Source of the DNA: Selaginella moellendorffii
Lineage: Eukaryota; Plantae; Lycopodiophyta
NCBI RefSeq assembly: GCF_000143415.4
Contig: NW_003314266.1
Coordinates: 2,119,197 to 2,183,196 of the forward strand
Length of the DNA stretch: 64,000 nucleotides
Direction: 5' to 3'
The position numbers and the translations under genes are program-made. Position 1 is the stretch's first letter. Each line of letters opens with the position of its first letter. Shown here in pieces: positions 54,250-64,000 of this stretch. The notes beneath the pieces were generated by a model. It saw only the letters and a program-made list of their open reading frames with translations. It searched no databases and was not told the origin of the DNA.

Positions 54250-56990
54250 TTAAAACCAATCTAACAGTTATCAAAATCCCACTATGCTAATATTAGTATA
54301 CGGCATTGTACACTTGGCCCTCACATCATCCTCTCCTCTCAGAATAATGGAAGGTCATTAGGGTTCTCTTGTAGACAAGTCAGGATCTGGAGGAATGTCA
54401 AGAGGAGGCATCGATGGATCTGTAGGTGGTATTAACTGCTCCTAATCCCTTTGTATAAAGTGTTTCAACCACTGCACATGCACAATCTTTGGAAGATCAG
54501 TCTACTGGATGTCATGCTGAACCTCATAAACTTGTGGTTTAACTTGCCATAACACTTGATACGGTCTTTTCCATATGCAAGGAGCCCTTAGATAAACCAC
54601 GTATCGTAAAATGAGGAAAATGGACTAACACCAAATCATCCATTTTGTATTCTATAGATGGATGATGATGGGAGTTGTAGTGCCGTTGTTGTCCAACTTG
54701 TATGCAGCTTAAGTGTTCGGCAAATTCTACTCGGACAAGTGGAAGAATGCTCGTCAAATATTGATCCCACGACTTAGCATTGGGAGCTCATAACAATTGT
54801 GAAGGTAAACCCAGCTCCGTTAGTAATATTGGATCATGACCATATAGGAGTTTATATGGTGAAGCACCAATAGAACTCTACACCTCTGTGACATAAGCAT
54901 ACCGAAGAGACGGCAAAATAACTATCCCAATCCGAATGCTGAAAGTTCACATACTTCACAATCATCCCTTTGAATGTCTGAATGAATCGTTCCACCAGAC
55001 TGTCTGATTATGGATAATAAGCACTCATGAAAGTATGGCATATCCCCAAGCGAGACGTCAAAATATGAAATGCCTCAACCATAAATGTGGGACTATTATC
55101 TGAAAGAATCTGTTTTGGACAAGAATGTTAAAACACCACTCGATTGAGAAGGAAGTATCCAACAGTAGTTGCAGAGGCACTAGCAAGAGCACCAACTTCC
55201 ACTCAATGAGTTAAGTAGTTAGAAGCAATAATAACATACTCATTGCTAGCAGTTGACCATGGAAAAGGTCCTATAAGATCAAACGCCACCAACTCAAACG
55301 GATGGGAAATTGCAATTAACTCTAACCGTCCTTCCGCAGCACAAGGGGGAGTATTACGAGCTTGGCACCAAACGTAGCTATGCACATACCAGATAATACC
55401 ACGTTGCATCTTCGGCCAATAGAAAGACCTGCGTAGCTTTTCGGTCACACGACGATGTCCCATATACCCACATAAAACAGGAGAATCATGGTAAGCATAG
55501 AGAAACCACAGGATAAAAACAGAAGGCACCACCAGCCGTAAATGATCATCAAGATCGGTCCCCACAAAATAAATAAGGCCATCTTCAAGGTGATATTAAG
55601 AATGTAAATGCCAAAAATGCAAGTCATCAGCAAGTGATGCAAGATTCTCAAACGCATCTCAAAGCCTTCGAATCCACAGCTCAATCTTTTGAGCCTCGTG
55701 AACCTCATCAAAAGAAGGTAGATTTTGCTCTGCACCTTGTGGACACTGAATGTCAAGTACAACAACCGCCAACGGCACAAAATCCTCGTTTAGAAAATCC
55801 ACAGATGCTGGAACAACAGACTTGTCAGAAACATGAAAAGAGAGTGGAGAAGGAAGAGGAACTCGAAAAAGGGCATCAACATTAACCATAGAACTCCCTG
55901 AGCGATGAATAACATCAAAATCATATATTTGAAACTTCAAAGCCCACTGAGTAGTACGACTAACTAGGTTCGTCCACTTCAATAATGAAGTAATGGCAGC
56001 ATGGTCATCTTCAAGTAACATCCGAGAACCATGTAGATATGCATGAAGTTTCTCGAAACCCCAAACTACTGCTAAACACTCCTTCTCTATCGTGGAGTAG
56101 TTCACTTCTACTGGTTGTAACGTATGGCTTATATATACAATGGGATAACGCTAATCAGGCACACTCGGGCTTTTTTGCATTAACACACCTTCAAGACCAA
56201 TATCAGAAGCATCTACGTGCAAAATAAAAGGTCGAGTGTAGTCAGGATATGCCAAAACCAGAGGAGTCGTCAACAGCTCTTTGAGATCCACAAATGCCCG
56301 CTCACAATTTGAAGACCAGATGAAAAATGATGTTGATGATTTTAGCAATGCTTGCAACGGTGCAGTGTGATCAGAAAGATGATCCACAAAACGATCGAGA
56401 TATTGCACCTTGCTTAGGAAGCGCTGCACATCATTCACACACTTTAGAGTAGAGAACTTTAGAATAGCCACAAGTTTTTCAAGATTAACTTGCAAACTCT
56501 CATGAGAAATACAATACCCAAGATAAGTCATATCCTTGGACCCAACATTTCGACCACTTTAACTTTAAACCAACATCCCGTAGCTGATCCAACACTTTAC
56601 ACACATCACGAATGTGCTCCTCCCACGTCCCCTCCGAGTGAATCAAGACATCATTAATGAAGTCAGCAGTTACCTTTGGCATATCACAAAGAACCTCATC
56701 CATCATCCACTGGAAAGTTGCTGGAGCATTGTTTAAATCAAATGACATCACCAAGAACTTGTACAAACCAAATGATGTACAAAAAGTAATCTTAGGAATA
56801 TCTTCTTCGGCCATCGGTACTAGCCAATACCCAGAAGCAATAAATAGCTTGGTGAACTAACAACTTTACCCCAGACGATCCAAGAGATCAGCAATGTAAG
56901 GAAGAGGGTACATATCTAGGATTGTCACTTCATTCAACAGACGATAGTCGATGCAAAAATGAATACTCCTATCAGGCTTCGTCACAAGAT
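54250..56990 (-). mobile_element. Decayed Ty3/gypsy LTR retrotransposon (RT-RNaseH-integrase, PPT, start of 3' LTR), truncated within RT
   Basis: FCIDYR, KITFCTSFGLYKFLVMSF..NAPATFQ, FINDVLI, VDASDIG, NYSTIEKECLAVVW, and integrase FELVAFDLIGPFP, in gypsy domain order. A polypurine tract GAGAGGAGAGGATGA is followed by TGTGAG at 54325. The left boundary is uncertain. Confidence 0.9.
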
Positions 56991-58196
56991 AAGCTCTATT
57001 TCGTTAAAGTGGGATTTATTTAGTAAAATGGGACTAGGTACAAATTTTCAAGTATTTGAAAATGACGTGAAATTATATGTTTTTTGTCCAGGGGCTAGAC
57101 ATATCTGGGGCATGGTGACTAGCGCGGTGACCTTATGTCCAGACTGAGTCCATCTAGTTGTATAATAAATCTCATTGTCAAGGTGAACAAGCCGAATCTG
57201 AAGCTAAAGAAGAGCGATGGCATGCGCGCACACACTATTTGTTTGTTCATTGAGCGTGTGGTGAGCTTTCCAAGATGAACATCATTCCTATTAGCCAGAC
57301 ATATAACTTAATGGTGAGAACATTTAGATATTATTCAATGTTATCTTTTTCTAACGAATCTAATTGTGAAGGTGTAGCAAGAGGCATTGCTAGTCTGGAG
57401 AAGTCATTTAACTCATTTGACCCTTAGTGTATTTTCATGAAACTAAATAACATTCATATTATTAAGGAATTTCTCTAGTACCTTTTTTTTACGACATAGA
57501 GGCTTGCATTTCTTTCAAAGGTGATTTAGTAAAAGGCCTGAGGGCACATGCCATTCTATTTCTCAGACCGGTATTAAGATATACTAGTGCAAAGGGAAAA
57601 AGGTATTTGGTGATCAAGTAAATGGCATGAGGGCACACGCCATTATAAGCCTAAGCGCTAGTGGACACCTCCTTTTTGGTACTCTCAGCGGTACTATCAT
57701 CCTTCTCCGGGTCAGTTGTTTTGCTTTGGATTGTTGTCTCTGACGTTACTGGGGCGTTCTCGATAGTTGTTAATGTTGCCGTTTGTTCAGAAAAATGATC
57801 ACCTGGAGTATAGTACGGGGAGTTTGGAAGACTTATATATTCTACATCTTCACCTATCTCCTTCTCCGTCTCCTTTTCTGCCTCACTTACAGATTTTGTG
57901 CTTGCCATGAGAACGCTCTTCACCCTAAAATATGGAGTTCGTTGTGTTATAAAAGGAAACCAACACACACGCTGCAAGGGAATGATGGTACATAAAGCAC
58001 GTAAGCCCACAATATGGGTTTATGTGCCATTAATATGGGCCACACGCCATATTATTAGATTTATGCACGTGTGATTGGTAAATGCATATGTCACATCATC
58101 TTTGTTTTACCTCACACACTATATCAAGCCTCCTCTGATTCAGATTCGGATTGTTCACCTTGAAATAAAATACATTAGAAACTTTGTAAAGGAATA

Positions 58197-61100
58197 TTAA
58201 TGAATCTCACCTTGAACCCGAGTTATGAATGCTCTTGCTGCATCTCTTGCATGGTCTGGCAAGGTGATGGTGGCACTCTGCTTCCGCATCCAACCATGCA
58301 CAACATTATCCACCGATATGCTCATGCTGGGATCCCTTGGATTCAGCACCCATCTCTTTTCTAGGCAATCCTTCGTATATCCGGAACTTGGCTTGAACCA
58401 CTCCACAGTTACATTGAAGGAGTTAGTTTCCGCGTCCTCCTCTGCATCAGTGATGCAGCGCCCCACCCATATCATTTGTTTTTTATTACTGGGTCTGACA
58501 AGCACGACCATTCCTTTGCAGACCTGTACTGGATTGAATGCTGAATCCGGCTTCTTGTTCCTCGGCCCACAATAGTGATCCTCAACATCGTTATCTGTCA
58601 CTGCATTTCCAGAGGACATTGTTCCGCTACTATCTGGTGCTCTGGGTTCTGGCCAAAAGGACTCTTCCAATTCTTCATATACAACCGGCCCATTTTGGAT
58701 AGCAGATATAATCTTCTCCCAGTATTCGAGCAAAGGCTTGCACCTCTGAAAATAGGATTTTCCACCAAACACCAACCCCCTCTTCCAGAAGGCAATATGC
58801 TGTCTAATCCCGGCCACTATACTTTCCTGGTCTTTGAGTCCATCCGGGTGCATCGGCCGTGGGGAACCCTGAGGAATCATAGGTTCCCCAGTTATGGGAT
58901 CTCTCTTGAAGAGTTCAATGCCGTCCACTGGCAGCCACACTGTGTCCCATTCTCTCATCTTGTACCTCATCACTGGAGCACCGTCACACATGCTGAAATG
59001 AAACTGAAGAGGCTTGGAGTGGCCAATCAGCGTTTCGGATCCATCCCTGATGTAGCCTCTTACAAACCCCTTAAAGTCTGGAACCTCTGTCAGAAGTGCA
59101 GCTTCAACAGTGCCTTTGATGCAATTTTGGAATTCATCGTAGAGTTGTGGGAGGGTGAGGACATTGGATCGCCGGAGGGACTCTGCCAGGTGACTGAACA
59201 TGGCATCGACGTCTTCATGAGTGTGCCCAACCATGAGAAAGCCAAGTGTAACCGTTTCAAATATGCCTTTGGCAACAAGCATCGCCAAGTACGCGAAGAC
59301 GTACATGTTTTTGTTCTCACTGCCAGCATTGTCTGTTTGGAGCAGAAGATGGGGTGGAAGGCCACATCGGCCGCAAGAACTTCCTTGAGATTCTGCTTCG
59401 TTTGGATGAGGCTGTGCATTCACCGGGCGACCAGCCTCGTCGGAATGGCATGAGGCCTCACGTGATAACCCTACAATCTGACGGCCAACATATTCACTGG
59501 GATGGCATGGGGCCCCACGCGATACTGCAAGCCTTTGCTCCTCCTCCAGCTGAACCCTGTATGGGGTTCGATCGACAAGGGCCTTATGCAAGGGTTGGCC
59601 GTTCAGCTCAGTCTGCGCACTTTGCAGAGACCTTAAGTGTTTTGCTAGGGACGCAATCATCATGTTTGCACCCCCGCCACCCCATAGAGGTACAAAGAAG
59701 TTCCCATAGTTCTGGGCACCATGCCCATGAGCGATTATGCCAAACAGAGACACAGGCAGCTGCATGGATGAAGAGATTGCCTTGGGGGCAGGATTGAGTC
59801 GAGGTAAGCACGTCTTTTTCTGGTCCATTTTGTCGTGGATGATGCAGAGGTAAGAGTCAGGTCTCTCCATGGAGAGAATCCTGTTATGATAATATGCAGT
59901 CCTGCAGCTTCTCTGCTCGATGTTGTGGTCGAGCCGCCTTCTAACCAACGTCTCTCGCTCTTGAGCGCTGCAAGAATTCTTCGACAAAGCCATTTTGATA
60001 GCAGTGCACTCGTCACACTTTGAAAAGCTGGAGTACTTTCCTATACTCACATCCCTGAACCTGTTGCTCCACAATCTACTAAATCTAGATTGGCTCAGCT
60101 TCCTGTAGCCATTACTCTAGAGTTCCCGATTCACATCTTCCAATATGGCCCCCTTGGTATACATGGAAGGGAGAACTCGTTGGGTGTCTCGTGTTCCATC
60201 TTCCAAGAGGCGGGTTTTATGTGGTTGCTGCTCGCTACATGTCTCGACAAACCTCTTGAAGATTGCCTCTCCATATACAACATGACCCCTGGTTTTGTGC
60301 GTACCGTCGTTCCCATGGACTGCCTGTTGAACCCTTTGTTCCTCGAACTCAGTTTTGATTCTGTAGAATGTGCTTCGAGGGACTCCATAAATGATTCTCC
60401 ATGCCTTCATGCAGACCAAACCCCTCTGGAAGACCATGCCCCCCACCTGATGTTCTGAAGCATCAACAGATGACCGTAATGCCTCATACACAAAATTGCG
60501 AGCTGCCTTCCAGGACAATGTCTTGTATCTTGCTCTCTCCTCTTCAATAGCATCCCAATCAGCATGTTGACAGCACCTCCTCTTGCAACAAGCAACTGTC
60601 GAGACCATTCGAACCTCCATCGCCATTTTCTGCCTTTTCGGTTCGTTGCTCAGATCCCTTTGGCTGTGCTTTAGGAAGGTGTACTTTCTTTTCCCATGAA
60701 GAGATGTTCTGTCATCAGTTGTAGTGGTGTTTGATTGTGAATCCTTCACATTCTCAAACACTAAGTGCCTCAATTTCCACCGCACAATGCTTCCAATAGT
60801 CAGACTGTTTTCTTCTGTGTCAACAACCTCTAAAATCGCAACTCCAATATCATCCCAGCCCAATTCTTGATTAGCAACCGCATCTCTTGGATCGACAACT
60901 GTGGCTAAGCCCTCAGCTACCACCTCCCCCTCGGGGTTGTTTAGAAACACTTTTGCCTGAATCCATGTAGCACGGTTCTTAAGATCCACGGAGGGAACAT
61001 GCGTCGCACTTGCGCGGTCCCCAACATCTGCTTTCTTCTGAAGATTTTTCAAGGCAACAACAACATTTACCCCGACGACCATCTCTCCTCGTTCAATAGC

Positions 61101-61265
61101 GACCACATTCCCATCGAAGACAGTCTCTACTGATACAGCAGCATTGCCTTCCCCAAGCCTTTCACAGTGTATAACAAAGTTCCGATCCATAGACACAAGG
61201 GTCCCTTTTGCAACTCTCTTCCCACCATTCAAAATGTAAACCTTTTCCCCAACCCTGAAGGCCAT
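58197..61265 (-). pseudogene. Sola-like DDE transposase, ~1,020 codons in one frame with a single in-frame TAG at 60117-60119
   Basis: CC-rich ACCKRRCC and VCMKAWRIIYG, HGNDG, FSKCDEC, IIHDKMDQKKT, LLQTDNAGSENKN, FLMVGHTHEDVDAMFS. ORFs 61265-60117 and 60074-58197 are in the same frame, and the linker reads EL*SNGYRKLSQSRFSRLW. Confidence 0.75.
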
Positions 61266-62270
61266 TCTGAAAGTGCAGAAAAGAAGTTAAGACCATACAA
61301 AAAATGATTGGAGAATGGCCTAAATCATAACATACCAAACAACCTCAATAGCATGAGGCCACATGCCATTATTCAAACATGCTATTGACACCCACGTGAA
61401 ATTTCGCATTCACAAAATTGGCATGAGGCCTCATGCCATCTTGATATACACACAGCTGCAGGCAAGTAAAAACATACATGACAATACGCTAGCCATGAAA
61501 TTGCAAGGGCCCAAGATGGCATGTGGCCTCATGCCATTTCTAAATGTGGTCCTAAGCCATTCCATGGTGAACATACCAGGAAGCACAAGTGCCGAATATC
61601 AAGAGGAAGCGGTAGCCACACCAAAGACTGTGCCGCTCGCAACACCGCAACTACTCGTAGCGCCGCTCGCAACACCGCAACTGCTCGTAGCGCCGCTCGC
61701 ACAAACTGCCACTCGCATAAACTGCCGCTCGCAATGGCGCTCGCAATGCCGCAACCGCTCGTAGACGCATAAACCACAGCCCACAACGCCGCTTACACAA
61801 GCAGCGCTCACTGCGCTCAGCGGAACCAAGAACACGGCGCACAAAAATGATAGACCTAGGAATGAGTTCGAGAATTCAAAAATAACACACGCTTGAACGT
61901 CACATCAAATCCTCTGACAAACCAGATCTTATGATTCCTCTGACAAATTTCAAACTGAGTAGCTTCTAGACTTTGCTGTCGGAGGTTGAACTTTGTCACA
62001 TCATGTCCTTGCCTCGATCCAGCTGTGCCATGTCAGTGATTCGAACTTTGCCATGCCATGTCAGCGATCCGCGCCAAGATTATTCGCCGTGTAAAGGAAT
62101 AATTACGCTGTGTGTGTACGTCCATTTATGGCAATATAAGGCCACACGCCATTCAAAGAATAATGCTCGACATAAGGCCACACGCCATTCAAAGAATAAT
62201 GCTAGTCGAGCATTTTTTGGTGCATTTTTGGGTTCAAAATTGCATGAGCCCACACGCTATAAAGTTTACC

Positions 62271-62370
62271 NNNNNNNNNNNNNNNNNNNNNNNNNNNNNN
62301 NNNNNNNNNNNNNNNNNNNNNNNNNNNNNNNNNNNNNNNNNNNNNNNNNNNNNNNNNNNNNNNNNNNNNN
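62271..62370. other. Assembly gap (100 N)
   Basis: Run of N. Confidence 1.
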
Positions 62371-64000
62371 TGAGTTAGTTTCTTGTGATCCCGCATCTGA
62401 TTGTGATGTCCCTTTGCAGTTTCGATGGAAAGGTCAATGCACACCAAACTGTGAAATCTTGGAGCAAAATAACGGTCGGATCTATGGCAAATGCCCCTGA
62501 AACATTGTAAGGCTCGTGTGGTCTCATGTGGTGTCCGATTGAGATGCTTCTTTGCAGGGTCATCAAGAAAGACATTGTATACCATTCTGTAAAATCTAGT
62601 TGCGATCTAACGGTTGGATCTCCAGAAAACTCAAAAAAATCTCGCGCGTGTCAGAATATCCTAGGAATATACTCCTATGTGCCCCTGAAAATGGCATGCG
62701 GCCCCACGCCATTCAAGAGATAATGCCAGATGACGCCGAGAATTTTTTGGTGCATTTTTTGGGTTCAAAATTGCATGAGCCCACACGCTATAAAGTTTAT
62801 CTTTGCCAAATAGAGAAAAGTTTATCTGTGTCATGTGAGGTAGTTACAGTCCTTTGTGCTCGGCATCTGCCTCTTGCAGCATTTGCACTGAAAGGGAATT
62901 TTTCTCCATTCAGCATTTGGCCCTGAAAATGGCATGCGCCCACACGCCATTGAAGGAATAACGCCACAGGACGCCTGGATTTTTGGGTTTAAAATGTTTA
63001 GGGTTTTTTGGGTTTTTTCAAAATATTTTGGGTCCAACGTTTTTTGGGTTTCTTTGGTTCAAAATTGCATGAGCCCACACGCTATAATATTGATTTGAGA
63101 GAAAAATAGAAACAGATAGAATTTCTTTATTTAGCTGAACATCTGCCATTTTTGGAAATACAAGATGCTTTGGAATATCCAATCATGCATGGTATAAATA
63201 TAGCGAGGGTATTAAATGATATCCCAATCATGATCTTTCTTTTGGATTTCGCGTGCATGCAGTCCGAGGAATGATGACGTTGCGGATTTCTTTTGGATTT
63301 TGCGTGCTTGCATGCGCGCGGCAATCCAGAAATTAATGGTGGCGCCCAAGTCCGAGGAATGATGACGTGGCGGGATTACCAACCGTTGTGACATTTCGCG
63401 CGTGTGAGGTTAGGTTTTGCATTTTGCTTTGTACTCGCGCTCGCACACTCGCGCTCGCGCTCGCATCACACTCGCGCTCCCGCTCGCATCGCGCTCCCAC
63501 TCGCGATCACGCTCACTTCTCTACAGGTTTCTCGTGTGCATCGGCGTCCACTCGCGCTTGCATCACACTCGCGCTCGCATCGCGCTCGTGTGCATCGGCG
63601 TCCACTTCAAGACACACCCAGTTTGTAACTTCGCCGCCAACTCCGCCGCCCACTCCACCACCCACACGCAGCCCACTTGGCGTCCCGGGAGATTTCAGCA
63701 CCACTCTCCAACTGTAAGTGGCAGAGTAGCCTTACTGCTACGATCCGCTGCACACACAGTGCACATTCGCCAGCGAGTCCGGCCTCGATTGTCACCGCCT
63801 CCATTCGGCTTCAAATGGTAAGTCTTTTAGACGAAGTAGAAAATGGCATGAGGCCACATGCCATTCAGTAGCAACATTGGCATGCACCGATTGGGCTCTC
63901 GAGTGCAGTCCGGTTACAGATGGCGTGTAGCCTCATGCCATCTTAGGATGCAGCCTCAAGACATCTGATGCAGTGGTGAATGGCGTGTGGCCTCACGTTA

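Larger units (their letters stand above)
56991..64000 (-). mobile_element. Large DNA transposon (Sola-like, probably Sola3-type) inserted in the gypsy RT; extends beyond the window
   Basis: RT similarity ends abruptly at ~56990. The region contains a DDE transposase ORF and the same 24-bp palindromic motif from 57216 to the window end. Confidence 0.6.
57216..64000. repeat. Dispersed 24-bp imperfect palindrome, consensus RATGGCATGNGGCCNCAYGCCATT (~18 copies)
   Basis: Copies at about 57216, 57532, 57621, 58033 (half), 59444, 59502, 61347, 61417, 61515, 62128, 62170, 62239, 62690, 62770, 62928, 63064, 63842, 63919 and 63979. Confidence 0.85.

Noticed and set aside
57651-58010. 119-aa ORF within the transposon's distal region
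   Set aside because: It has a non-ATG start, low complexity and no recognisable domain. It may be an exon, but I cannot support that.
57216-64000. CRISPR-like interpretation of the palindrome-plus-spacer pattern
   Set aside because: Spacing is irregular (tens of bp to >1 kb), copies are degenerate, the context is a eukaryotic transposon, and no cas genes are present.

Overview
This is gene-dense eukaryotic nuclear DNA from a land plant with flagellated sperm. It is most consistent with a lycophyte such as Selaginella, inferred from ~45-60 nt introns, very short intergenic spacers, and ciliary genes alongside land-plant families. About 19 intact genes are present: DNAAF1/ODA7-like, DCN1-like, plastid adenylate kinase, COG4, a DUF1005 protein, two F-box proteins, GCN2, an A1 aspartic protease, a class III peroxidase, CYP78, an AlkB-family dioxygenase, a PMT-type methyltransferase, CCDC13-like, SEC63/ERdj2, MCM6 and COX10, plus the two unusual genes noted below. 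Two accessory zones stand out. The first is an AT-rich island (~22.7-29.95 kb) of hypermutated Ty3/gypsy remnants. It also carries an apparently intact two-exon secreted protein made of an unknown domain plus a GNA/B-lectin domain, and it sits next to an internally inverted LRR pseudogene. The second zone (~54-64 kb) is a decayed gypsy element interrupted by a large Sola-like DDE transposon. Its ~1,020-codon reading frame is broken by one TAG, and it carries about 18 copies of a 24-bp palindrome, two of them inside the coding sequence. A His/Cys-rich single-exon orphan gene shares a bidirectional, E2F-site-containing promoter with MCM6. Outer coordinates of multi-exon genes were read by eye, and family calls rest on motif recognition rather than database searches.
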